The notes beneath the pieces are model-generated. The model saw nothing but the letters and a program-made list of their open reading frames with translations. It searched no databases and had not been told where the DNA came from. Made by a program: the position numbers and the translations under genes. A stretch of 64,000 bases of DNA from the IMG/VR virus record IMGVR_UViG_3300029604_000306. One strand, given 5' to 3'. Source of the stretch: a virus. Taxonomy: Duplodnaviria; Heunggongvirae; Uroviricota; Caudoviricetes. The stretch's first letter is position 1, and every line of letters begins with the position of its first letter. Positions 37,467 through 46,808 of the stretch are shown here, in pieces.

Positions 37467-39068
37467 TCAGGCCGCTGCTTTGTATTGGTCGTTACGTGAT
37501 TTGTATATCATCTTAAGATTCTTCTGTAACTCATTATGTTTATACTTATACTTTTCGCATATCTCCTGTATTTCCTGGTCGTCGATTCTTGCCTTGATGT
37601 TCAGGCTTCCAACATAATCCGCATCCGCTTCATATCCGCAGCACTTGCATTTAAAAGACTTGCCATTGCGGTTGTCTTTTTCAAGATGGCTGCATACCGG
37701 ACATGTCTGGCTGGTGTAATCCGGTATAATTTCCTTGAAATCATAGCCATACCAGTTTAAAGTCTCCATGAGCTTCTTCTGCAGCTTCCCTCTCGCAAAT
37801 GTTGACATCATACCGTTAGACTTACGACTTTTGTTAAATTCCCTGATATCCAGTTTTTCTAGGACTGTCAGGGTATCATGTGAGATTGATTCTATATATC
37901 TGTCTATGCTTGATTTAATCTCATGGTCAAGTGTTTCATAATAGCAGCGCTTCTTGCGGTATGGGGCATCAGCCTTTTGAATCATCTGGTCAAGCCGGTC
38001 CATCTTTTTGATGAGAGAACGTCTCACATCTTCCGGAAGGGCCTTATGTCTTCGCAGGTAATGGCTGATACTGCGTTTTTTATTTCTCATGTCAGACAGC
38101 GAAGCGAATGACTTTTCCACTGTATCGTGGTAAAAAGCAATCACCGGCTTCATGCTGCCGATTGGTTTATCTTCAGATGTATGCAGTGTGTCAGAGATAC
38201 CGACATCAACGCCTACCACATTTGAAGTCTTTGGCTGTTTCATTTTTGACTCATAACTCCATCCGACCTGCAGGATTCCGTTTTCATCAATTGACGCCAT
38301 GACTGTACCGGCCATTTTATGTGATTTGATTTTATTGGCAGAATGTCTGCTTGTGTTAATCGGTATTACGATTCTTTCTGCGTTTTTATGTAAAGCGTCG
38401 CTTATCTTAATCACATATGGCATGACGGTATCTGTTGATACTTCAATCTTCATCAGCCTGCTGTCAAGAGGCATATGCGCCCGTCTTAATTCTGGGACAC
38501 GGTATTCCATTGATAAACTGATATACATATCCATGAATTCCACCTGTTTAAATGTAAACTCGTCGTCTGACATTTCATTCAGGATACTGATACAGTCTTC
38601 ATAGAAAGCCTTGTCTTTCTTTGTTTTAGACGCAATCTGTTTCATAGTGCTCAGCATCTCAGACTTCGTCTTGGAATCAATGGACATTGCAAACAGGACT
38701 TTTGATGATGTAAAGACTGACTGTTCTTCTGTATACATATCCTGCCGGATGCTATCCATACGGTTAGAAAGATGGGTCACCGCCATGTCAAAGGCATTCT
38801 GAGAGAATGCAGAATTTGCATTTTTCGGACGGATGGATTTTTCAAACTTGCGGATGTCACTGCTCTTCTTATCATTTTTTACGATTTGAAGTGTAAATTT
38901 ATCATTACCCGCAAGGAGTCTGATATATCCATTTACCATCTTTGTAAATTCATTCTGCATATCCCGGATGATTTTAGATTTGTCTTTATTCGGGCTGCCA
39001 TACAGAAATACACTTTTCGTCATAGAAGTTTCAAACTGCGTATCTTTGCGTCTTCTCGCCTTTGCCAT
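37467..39068 (-). CDS. TnpB/Cas12-family RuvC-like nuclease with a C-terminal zinc ribbon (533 aa)
   Basis: RuvC-I VVGVDVGISDT, RuvC-II TLTVLEKLDIREFN, Zn ribbon CPVCSHL…CKCCGY, and RuvC-III EADADYVGSLNIKAR. rc aaggagg RBS with the ATG at 39068. Its own GCATATTA box sits on the minus strand. Confidence 0.75.
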   Translation of the reverse strand: MAKARRRKDTQFETSMTKSVFLYGSPNKDKSKIIRDMQNEFTKMVNGYIRLLAGNDKFTLQIVKNDKKSSDIRKFEKSIRPKNANSAFSQNAFDMAVTHLSNRMDSIRQDMYTEEQSVFTSSKVLFAMSIDSKTKSEMLSTMKQIASKTKKDKAFYEDCISILNEMSDDEFTFKQVEFMDMYISLSMEYRVPELRRAHMPLDSRLMKIEVSTDTVMPYVIKISDALHKNAERIVIPINTSRHSANKIKSHKMAGTVMASIDENGILQVGWSYESKMKQPKTSNVVGVDVGISDTLHTSEDKPIGSMKPVIAFYHDTVEKSFASLSDMRNKKRSISHYLRRHKALPEDVRRSLIKKMDRLDQMIQKADAPYRKKRCYYETLDHEIKSSIDRYIESISHDTLTVLEKLDIREFNKSRKSNGMMSTFARGKLQKKLMETLNWYGYDFKEIIPDYTSQTCPVCSHLEKDNRNGKSFKCKCCGYEADADYVGSLNIKARIDDQEIQEICEKYKYKHNELQKNLKMIYKSRNDQYKAAA

Positions 39069-39101
39069 TCGTCTCACCTCCTTGCCTTTTCATTACATAT
39101 T

Positions 39102-39110
39102 TAATATGCC
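39102..39110 (-). promoter_or_regulatory. GGCATATTA box P21 (minus strand)
   Basis: rc of ttaatatgcc gives tttttcggcatattaaatat, ~35 nt upstream of the TnpB-like start. Confidence 0.5.
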
Positions 39111-39232
39111 GAAAAATTTACAGACCGGTCGTTTTTTGCGAAAAATTTCTGTATGGAAGTAAAAAATCTTCGCATCCATATCTGGACACGAAGATAAAAA
39201 TCGTAAACGATACTTTTATTTATTTCGCGCTT

Positions 39233-39913
39233 TCATCTCGGTAATTTAATTGCCGAGGATTCCCGCTTTATATCCTCTAATTGTTCATATTTTGACATGA
39301 ACATATAGTTATGAAAAAGAAAATCATTTTTCACTGCAGACGGCATGCTGTCGTGCATGTATTCCAGCGGTGTTGCGTAAAAACTGATATATAATTGATA
39401 TAATTTATTTTGTTTTAAATATTTAATACACTCTTTTGAAGAAAAGAACCTATATAGTTCATCTTCTGATTTGAACATACATGTCTTGTTGATTACATAT
39501 TGAAGACATATTTTGGCGCGAAGCATACCTAGGTATCCGTACATATAGTCCTTTGGGTATCGCCCCTCTCCTGCCATTACCTTATCATATACACGAAGTG
39601 TATACCTTTTTACGTCGTAATCTACATAGCGAGGATAAAGAAGATAAAGGATATATTCTGTATCATCCTTGGTAACATCAGATGGAAACGCAATGTATTT
39701 TACCATCTGGTCAAGTTTCATAAACGAAATGTAATTTTTATTAAATAGCTTTATTGCATTGTGGATATCCCATCCTAATAAATTCTCTATCGCATATCGG
39801 ATTACAGAAAGTGCAATCCTCTCGTTTCCCTTTTTATCAAACAAAAAATAGCTTGTCGGTATGCGCTGCCGGTTTCCAAGCAGGACATCTTCATAATCGT
39901 TTAATATTCCCAT
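39233..39913 (-). CDS. hypothetical protein (226 aa), co-oriented with the TnpB-like gene
   Basis: rc aaaaggagtt RBS. Tyr-rich. No recognisable motifs. Confidence 0.5.
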   Translation of the reverse strand: MGILNDYEDVLLGNRQRIPTSYFLFDKKGNERIALSVIRYAIENLLGWDIHNAIKLFNKNYISFMKLDQMVKYIAFPSDVTKDDTEYILYLLYPRYVDYDVKRYTLRVYDKVMAGEGRYPKDYMYGYLGMLRAKICLQYVINKTCMFKSEDELYRFFSSKECIKYLKQNKLYQLYISFYATPLEYMHDSMPSAVKNDFLFHNYMFMSKYEQLEDIKRESSAIKLPR

Positions 39914-39956
39914 TGTATTTTAACTCCTTTTTCCGATATTTTTTATTTCTTTCTTT

Positions 39957-39964
39957 TAATATGC
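39957..39964 (-). promoter_or_regulatory. GCATATTA box P23 (minus strand), divergent from P22
   Basis: rc of taatatgc gives catttcgcatattaaaag. Confidence 0.45.
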
Positions 39965-40012
39965 GAAATGAATCCCTTTTTAACCTAGCCGTGCCGATAT
40001 TTTTTTTATTTT

Positions 40013-40020
40013 GCATATTG
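40013..40020 (+). promoter_or_regulatory. GCATATTG box P22
   Basis: tattttgcatattggag lies upstream of 40048. Confidence 0.5.
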
Positions 40021-40047
40021 GAGATAAAGATAAAGGAGGAAAAATAT

Positions 40048-41148
40048 ATGGCGACAACAGATATTTTATACAGATATTTTAAAGCCAGACAGGAAGTAAA
40101 TGAAAACGGACATGCAGAAACTCTTGCTCAATGCATCCATTACAATCGCGGAGTTGATGCAGTGGTCCTTGATATGAAAGATAAAGGACTGGCTCAAAAA
40201 ATATTAAAAGAAACAGATATAAATGACGCTTTTGACTCATGGCTGTTGGATATTGCTGGAAACTTGGTTTTAATATATCCACGAGAACAAAGAGAAAAAT
40301 ACATGGAAATTCAGCCACATTTGGTGCTTGGAGAAAAACTGGTGCAGTATGGAGGATTTTCGCACAGCGAAGCAAAAGGTATGATAGATTTTCTTAAGGA
40401 AGCAGGAGTGGATTATAAGCAGTCTATCGGAGAGGATGGAAGGATTAGCTTTTTGCTTGCAGAAAATAAAGAATATATATTTAAAAACGCGATGGATACA
40501 ATAAAGCGAGAAGAAACCACGGAAGTTGGCGAAAAACATTTCGTATCACAGAATTTGTATTGGCGCTATGCCATCAACCAGGCTTCAAAGGCGCTAAATC
40601 ATGATGGCGTTGTATTTTTAGGGAGTGAAGCAGGGACGCGTGGAATAAGAATTGACAAAAATGGAGCAATCAGTATGAATCCATTAAAAAAAGGACGTTT
40701 TATTCCCAAAAATGACCCGGATTATGAGCGTAAAGTATTGAATGAAATTCTGAATACGATGAACGGAAAAGAATTTCCTGTGAAAGTTTTTTATGGAGAA
40801 CTCGCCGATGTAATGAGCAAGGATATGACGCGTAAAAGTTTACGGGAATCCCCTCTGATGCTAAAAAAGAGAGAAGCATTGGATATATTAAATTTAAGTG
40901 ATATCCCTTCTGTTGATGAAATTGGAAAGATGGTAAACAATCTTGAGGACTATGGGGACCGCGAAAGAAAAGCGATTTATTCTTTGATGCGGATGCGGGT
41001 ATGTCGTGATTACAAGATAGAAGATATCCAAGCGTACAAGATGTCTAAGCAGGATAAGCAGGATTATAAACAGATGCATGAACAACATATAAAACAATTT
41101 GCGAAAGGATGTAGACAAGACAGGGAGGGGCTGGTAGATGAAAGATGA
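40048..41148 (+). CDS. hypothetical protein (366 aa), translationally coupled to the coupling-protein gene
   Basis: aaaggaggaaaaatatATG. The stop overlaps the next gene by 11 nt. It is a possible relaxosome or accessory component with no motif support. Confidence 0.5.
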   Translation: MATTDILYRYFKARQEVNENGHAETLAQCIHYNRGVDAVVLDMKDKGLAQKILKETDINDAFDSWLLDIAGNLVLIYPREQREKYMEIQPHLVLGEKLVQYGGFSHSEAKGMIDFLKEAGVDYKQSIGEDGRISFLLAENKEYIFKNAMDTIKREETTEVGEKHFVSQNLYWRYAINQASKALNHDGVVFLGSEAGTRGIRIDKNGAISMNPLKKGRFIPKNDPDYERKVLNEILNTMNGKEFPVKVFYGELADVMSKDMTRKSLRESPLMLKKREALDILNLSDIPSVDEIGKMVNNLEDYGDRERKAIYSLMRMRVCRDYKIEDIQAYKMSKQDKQDYKQMHEQHIKQFAKGCRQDREGLVDER

Positions 41149-43687
41149 TAAAGAACTTGAACAGAAAAAGCTTGCCTTTGTCTTGTATGGCATCTTGTGG
41201 TTTATTGGCCTGATGATAGCTGGTGCATTTGGCTATCAGAAGCATACACAGGATGGAGCAAGTATTTTTTCAGCAGTGGAAGCGGTATCCCATTTTGGTA
41301 TCTTCTATTGGTTAAATCCGGTAAGCTGGGGTACATGCTTGAGATGGACGTTTATATATTGGATTGGTGTAGCGCTTTTCATGATATATGAGCAAAAATG
41401 GAAACATGATGCGGCCGGTAAAGAGGCCGGCTCGGCTCATTGGAATAAGAAAGTTGAAGAATTTAACCAAGGACATTCGGAGCCGTTTGGTGAAAAGACT
41501 TTTAGTGACGAGCCTGGTCTGACAAAAAAAATGGGTGGGGAAAACCTGAACAATAAAAAGACACCACCAGTACCAGGAAACCCTAACATGATAGAATCGG
41601 AATTGGTAAGGCTGTCAACAGCTGATATGAAAACACATTTGAATAACAATGTTTTTATTGTCGGTGGTGCTGGTACTGGTAAATCACGATTTTTTATAAA
41701 GCCAAACGTATTACAGATGAACTGCTCTTACATAGTAACAGACCCTTCCGGAGAGCTTCTGAAATCAATGCATAACGTATTGGTTGAGAATGGGTATAAG
41801 ATAAAAGTATTTAACTTGGTCGATATGTCTCATTCAAATAAGTACAATCCATTCCGATACGTCAGGAGCGAAACAGATGTCAGTATTCTGGTGGACTGTT
41901 TTATTTCAAACACAACAGGTCCGGACCAAAAAAGCGGCGACCCGTTCTGGGATAAATCGGAAAAGGCTTTGCTCTCAGCGCTGGTATTTTATCTTGTTGA
42001 TATTGCTGATGCAGAGTTTAGGAAGTTCTCAACCATTTTGTGGATGGTACAGTTGGCACAGATGGATGAAAACGGCCGGCCAGGTCAAAAGCCATCGTCT
42101 GAATTTGGCTTCTCTATAGATATGCCGCTTGATGAATTGTTTGATGGAACAAAAAAAATCGGTAAAAAAACAATTACAGATAAAAAGACAGGAAAGAAAC
42201 AGACGGTGCTGGATGCTGTGGAGGTTACGGACCAAAAAGAAATTGGAAGGCTGCGTGATAAAATAGAGACTTCACTTTGCCTCACCAACTATAAGACGTT
42301 CAAACTTGGTGGAACAAAAACGTTGAAATCCATCTTGATTTCAGCTGCTGTTAGACTGAACCCATTTAGTATTCCGGCAATCCAGAATTTGACAGATGAT
42401 GATAACGTGGAACTGGAGAAGGTGGGTGATGAATTGACGTGCTTTTTTGCAATCATTCCGCAGACGAACAGCACATTTAACTTCTTGATTTCCATGCTGT
42501 TCTCTCAGATGTTTGAATCTTTATATTATAAGGGTGCCACAATACCGAATAGCCGGCTTCCATATCATGTAAGGTTCCTGCTCGATGAGTTCGCCAACAT
42601 CGGCAAGATTCCGGAATTCCCACAGAAGATTTCCACTTGCCGAAAATATAATATATCAACAACGATTGTCCTGCAGTCTATTGCACAGATAAAAATGCTG
42701 TATAAGGATGACTATGAGACAATCATCGGTAACTGTGACACCGCAATCTGCCTTGGTACAAATGAGCAGACTACGGCAGATTATTTCAGTAAAAAACTTG
42801 GAAAAGGTACCATCACGTCGAGAAGTAAATCCACGCCCGTGGGCAAGAGCGGAGGCAATCTATCGTTTAACCAAACAGGACGTGAATTGATGCTTCCAGA
42901 TGAGATAATGACCATGCCGTTTGACAAATGTATTGTCATGATGCGAGGAATCGACCCATTTTATGATAGTAAATATCCACTGGAAAAGCATCCACAGTTT
43001 ATGAAAACAGGTGATGGGGATGAAAAAAACTTTTATTTCCTGGAGCAGGACGAAGAGTTTTCGTGCGTTGATAAGTCAGTAGAATATGAGGAGATAGCCG
43101 AGCAGGAAGAAAATAATGATACAGTAAGCGAAAAGTACCAGCCTAAAACACTGGAAGAAGTGCTGGACGGAATTCTGGTCAACTATCCGGAAGAAGATGG
43201 ATATTATCTGATTAAGGATGCAGATAATAACAAAACAAGGAATTCAATGATTACAAAGTACAGTGAATTGCTGGAAGACACAATCCAGATGTCTATGGGT
43301 AACGACGAAACAACGATATTGTTTGACGGGAAAAATATGGATATTGCTCTTGCAAAAGGTCTGATAAACAGGGCTTTTGAACAACATGACGGGGAATTTG
43401 AGGATTTAGCCGTTGCCTGCAACGGAATCAGTGATGGACATGTGTGCTGGTTCGGCGCAAAGAATGACCAATGTAATATCGTTAAAGTAGCAGAACGATT
43501 ACAGTTGTCATTATCCAAGAAAAAACGAGGAAACATATCCAGGCAGGATTTATATAAAGTTAACGATATCCTATCAGAAGATAAGTTTGAAGAATTAAAA
43601 AAAGGATGTAAAAATGGTGCTCATTGTATGGCTTCACAAAAAAATAACGATGTAGATTTTGATGATTATGATGATGATAATGATTGA
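41138..43687 (+). CDS. type IV secretion coupling protein (VirD4/TraG/TraD family ATPase), 849 aa
   Basis: Two N-terminal TM helices. Walker A IVGGAGTGKSRFF. Walker B/DE box FLLDEFANIGKIPEF. Acidic C-terminal tail. Confidence 0.85.
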   Translation: MKDDKELEQKKLAFVLYGILWFIGLMIAGAFGYQKHTQDGASIFSAVEAVSHFGIFYWLNPVSWGTCLRWTFIYWIGVALFMIYEQKWKHDAAGKEAGSAHWNKKVEEFNQGHSEPFGEKTFSDEPGLTKKMGGENLNNKKTPPVPGNPNMIESELVRLSTADMKTHLNNNVFIVGGAGTGKSRFFIKPNVLQMNCSYIVTDPSGELLKSMHNVLVENGYKIKVFNLVDMSHSNKYNPFRYVRSETDVSILVDCFISNTTGPDQKSGDPFWDKSEKALLSALVFYLVDIADAEFRKFSTILWMVQLAQMDENGRPGQKPSSEFGFSIDMPLDELFDGTKKIGKKTITDKKTGKKQTVLDAVEVTDQKEIGRLRDKIETSLCLTNYKTFKLGGTKTLKSILISAAVRLNPFSIPAIQNLTDDDNVELEKVGDELTCFFAIIPQTNSTFNFLISMLFSQMFESLYYKGATIPNSRLPYHVRFLLDEFANIGKIPEFPQKISTCRKYNISTTIVLQSIAQIKMLYKDDYETIIGNCDTAICLGTNEQTTADYFSKKLGKGTITSRSKSTPVGKSGGNLSFNQTGRELMLPDEIMTMPFDKCIVMMRGIDPFYDSKYPLEKHPQFMKTGDGDEKNFYFLEQDEEFSCVDKSVEYEEIAEQEENNDTVSEKYQPKTLEEVLDGILVNYPEEDGYYLIKDADNNKTRNSMITKYSELLEDTIQMSMGNDETTILFDGKNMDIALAKGLINRAFEQHDGEFEDLAVACNGISDGHVCWFGAKNDQCNIVKVAERLQLSLSKKKRGNISRQDLYKVNDILSEDKFEELKKGCKNGAHCMASQKNNDVDFDDYDDDND

Positions 43688-43699
43688 CATTGCTGGTTA

Positions 43700-43743
43700 G
43701 AAAGGACACCGCGTATTTTATACGCGGTGTCCTTTCTTTTTGC
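43700..43743 (+). terminator. rho-independent terminator
   Basis: gaaaggacaccgcgtattttatacgcggtgtcctttc followed by T5. Confidence 0.65.
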
Positions 43744-43783
43744 AAAAAAAACATTTTTACTCCGTTCGAAAAATGAAAAATTC

Positions 43784-43792
43784 GGCATATTG
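43784..43792 (+). promoter_or_regulatory. GGCATATTG box P24
   Basis: aaattcggcatattgaagg lies upstream of 43831. Confidence 0.5.
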
Positions 43793-43830
43793 AAGGCAAA
43801 CCGCAAAAATAAAAAAAAGGAGAGAAAGAT

Positions 43831-44082
43831 ATGCAACATATTGAAATAACAGAGCATGACTTTGATGCCTTAATGGATAAACTGGAAAAGATTGAAATGG
43901 AAAACGATGGATATATTCCGTCAGAGGAAGACGTTTTTGATTATATTGAAAAAAATCCAGAAAGATATTACCTGTATTTGCTTTGGTACAGCGAACATAA
44001 GCCGAAGCCTCAGACAGAGGAAGAAAAAAAGATTTTAAAAAAAATTACAAAGATAACTAATCAAACAATCAAGATTTTATAA
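43831..44082 (+). CDS. hypothetical small protein (83 aa)
   Basis: aaaaggagagaaagatATG. Confidence 0.5.
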   Translation: MQHIEITEHDFDALMDKLEKIEMENDGYIPSEEDVFDYIEKNPERYYLYLLWYSEHKPKPQTEEEKKILKKITKITNQTIKIL

Positions 44083-44096
44083 GGAGGGAATAAAAA

Positions 44097-46745
44097 ATGA
44101 GATATTTATATCTGGCGGAGAAGCCGTCTGCTATGAAATCGGTGAAGGCTGCTTATAATGCAAGCAATAAGCCGCTCGGCGATATTGATTTTTTCGCTCT
44201 AGCCGGACATATCTGCCGTTTATGTGAACCAAAAGAATATGAAGACTGGGATGTAAAATGGGCAGACCGAAAGCTGCCAATGATTCCGAACCCGTTTAGG
44301 GTTGGAATCTTGACAGATAACAAAGTAAAAGACTTAAAAGAACAGCTAAAAAAAGTTAAATACGATGCAATCATTGTCGGCACCGATAGTGATGTGGAAG
44401 GTAACGGCATCTATGACCTGATTGAAACATACCTTGGGCTGCAGAATTATAAGACTTACCGATTTTTTGAATCTGACCTGACGCCGGCTGGAATCATGAA
44501 ATCAATGAATAACCTGACAGATTATCATACAAATCCACGTGATGTAGGGATGACACAGTCTTTTAGAATCCGAAGCCGGTTCGACTGGCTGATTGGTTTT
44601 AATATGACTGTCGCATATACAGTGAAATCAGGTTTTTTGATGAAGGTTGGACGAGTTAAGGCGCCAACATTAAAACTCGTGTATGACAACTGTAAGGCAA
44701 TTGACGAATTTAGCTCTAAGACGGCATATCAGCCGGCAATCGTAACAGAAAACCCGGAAGTTACTGCATATATGATTGACGATGAAGGCAAGGCAGTGTC
44801 TTATGCTGATAAAAATGAAGCCCAGAAAGTTCTGACTACATTAAGCGGTGAAGCGGAGGTGCTGAGTTTTGAAAAAACAACAAAAAAAACGCAGCCGGAC
44901 CAGTTATATAAATTAACCGACATCCAGGTCGAAGCCGGTTCTAAGTATGGATATACCCCGGAAAAGACTCTGGAGCTGATTCAGTCTCTGTATGAAAGAC
45001 ATAAGCTTATTTCATATCCAAGAACTGATGGAAGGTATGTGTCTACCGAAAAATCAAAAGACTTTGCCAGATTACTGAAAGCGGTAGAGGCTATGCCGAG
45101 TCTTTCTGCAGCAGTAAAAACGGTTACCCCGGAAGCAATCGCTGCTGCACAGGGGAATAAACGATTTGTAAATGATGTTGAAGTACAGAAATCCTCGCAT
45201 GATGCGCTTATCCCGACAGGCGATACAGCAGCGCTTGCAAATCTGTCTATGGATGAGATGCATATCTGTGAAATGATTTTCAAAAGATTTCTTGCAATAT
45301 TCTTCCCTCCATTGGAAGAAGAAAAAACAAAAGCAGTGCTGACTGACAATAATATTAAGTTTTCCTGCACCGGCTCCAAAGTTGTGAATCCTGGCTTTAC
45401 AGTCCTTACCTCAAAGCCAAAGGAGGCACCGCTTCCAGACTTTAAAAAGGGGCAGAAATTAAAAGAAAAAGAAACATCCTTGCACGAAATCGTAAGCAAG
45501 CCGCCTGCGCGTTTTACACAGGCAACACTTATCAAAGCGATGGAGAATGTCCAGAAATACATGGCGGCTGATGAGACAGAGCTTAAGAAGGCGCTGAAGA
45601 AAGCAGGAGGCATTGGCCAGCCGTCATCCAGAGCCGCAATCATTTCCGAACTGGTTTCTACTGGATATATTGATGACGTAAAGTCTGGGAAAGGAAAGGG
45701 CCTCCATATTACAGATTCCGGTAAACGTTACATAGAGAATCTTGGCAGCAGTTCTATTGTAAGCCCTGAACTTTCTGCACAGTGGGAAGTATATATGAAT
45801 GATATACGTGAAGGCACCAAGACATATGATGAAGTCTATGAAAAGGTCATTGACTATGTATATCAGGCTTTAAAAGAACTGGAAGGGATGAAAATCCAGA
45901 AAATGGCTGCAGGAAACAGAAAAGAGGTCGGCAAATGCCCGAAATGCGGAAGACCGGTTGTTGCCCTGCCAAAAGGATACGGCTGCAGCGGTTATCCTGA
46001 CTGTGATTTTTCCGTATTTAAACGTGTTGCAGGAACAGACCTTACAGATAAGGATATGGCGGATATGCTGAACGGAAAGGCTACGAAAGTTATGAGTTTT
46101 AAGAAGAAAGATGGGAGCACTTTCTCTGCCGCGTTAATACTAAATAAAGAACATAAAATTACATGGGCTCCATTTGAAAGTAAGACAGACTTGACGTGTC
46201 CAAAGTGTGGAAAGCCGCTGGTTAAGACTCCTATGTCTTATAAATGCGATGACGACGAGTGCGGTTTCATATTCTGGACGAAAATCTGTGGAAAAACATT
46301 GACAGATACACAGGTGAAAAAATTGCTTTCTGGGCAGTCTACCGGAACAATCAAAGGATTTAAGAAAAAAGATGGTACATCCTTTAATGCCAGTCTGATA
46401 ATGAAAGATGGAAAACTGGAATGGGAACATAGCATTGCAAAAGATACCGGTCTCAAGTGTCCGAAATGCGGAAAGCCAATTGTTGCAACAGACAAGGCTT
46501 TCTCCTGCGCAGATAAAAAAGACGGCAAGTGCGATTTTCAGATTTGGAGAATGCTTCCAGGCGATAAGGTCGTATTGACAGAAAAAGATATGAAGGATTT
46601 GCTTGAAAAGAAAAAGACAGGCCTCAAAAAGGATTTAAAAAGTAAAGGTGGAAACACATTTAATGCTTATATAACCTTAAAAGACGATTTTACAAGAGGT
46701 ATGGAATTCGCAGACACAGAGAGAAAAAAGAAACCGCAAAAATAA
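44097..46745 (+). CDS. topB: DNA topoisomerase III (type IA) with multiple C-terminal zinc ribbons
   Basis: Toprim start LYLAEKPSA and the DxD motif VGTDSDVEGNGIYD. The catalytic-domain Tyr region is present. Four Cys-4 ribbons (CPKCGRP…CSGYPDC, CPKCGKPL…, CPKCGKPI…). Confidence 0.88.
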   Translation: MRYLYLAEKPSAMKSVKAAYNASNKPLGDIDFFALAGHICRLCEPKEYEDWDVKWADRKLPMIPNPFRVGILTDNKVKDLKEQLKKVKYDAIIVGTDSDVEGNGIYDLIETYLGLQNYKTYRFFESDLTPAGIMKSMNNLTDYHTNPRDVGMTQSFRIRSRFDWLIGFNMTVAYTVKSGFLMKVGRVKAPTLKLVYDNCKAIDEFSSKTAYQPAIVTENPEVTAYMIDDEGKAVSYADKNEAQKVLTTLSGEAEVLSFEKTTKKTQPDQLYKLTDIQVEAGSKYGYTPEKTLELIQSLYERHKLISYPRTDGRYVSTEKSKDFARLLKAVEAMPSLSAAVKTVTPEAIAAAQGNKRFVNDVEVQKSSHDALIPTGDTAALANLSMDEMHICEMIFKRFLAIFFPPLEEEKTKAVLTDNNIKFSCTGSKVVNPGFTVLTSKPKEAPLPDFKKGQKLKEKETSLHEIVSKPPARFTQATLIKAMENVQKYMAADETELKKALKKAGGIGQPSSRAAIISELVSTGYIDDVKSGKGKGLHITDSGKRYIENLGSSSIVSPELSAQWEVYMNDIREGTKTYDEVYEKVIDYVYQALKELEGMKIQKMAAGNRKEVGKCPKCGRPVVALPKGYGCSGYPDCDFSVFKRVAGTDLTDKDMADMLNGKATKVMSFKKKDGSTFSAALILNKEHKITWAPFESKTDLTCPKCGKPLVKTPMSYKCDDDECGFIFWTKICGKTLTDTQVKKLLSGQSTGTIKGFKKKDGTSFNASLIMKDGKLEWEHSIAKDTGLKCPKCGKPIVATDKAFSCADKKDGKCDFQIWRMLPGDKVVLTEKDMKDLLEKKKTGLKKDLKSKGGNTFNAYITLKDDFTRGMEFADTERKKKPQK

Positions 46746-46764
46746 TATCATCGAAAAAAATTCA

Positions 46765-46772
46765 GCATACTG
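46765..46772 (+). promoter_or_regulatory. variant box GCATACTG (P25)
   Basis: aaattcagcatactgatt lies upstream of 46809. Confidence 0.35.
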
Positions 46773-46808
46773 ATTTTGCAAAAAGGACAGGAAAGGAGCA
46801 TATCATCA

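Noticed and set aside
40048-41148. Relaxase upstream of the coupling protein
   Set aside because: Position and translational coupling suggest a relaxosome component, but I could not find the His-triad (HxH) or catalytic-Tyr motifs of known MOB families. It is called hypothetical only.
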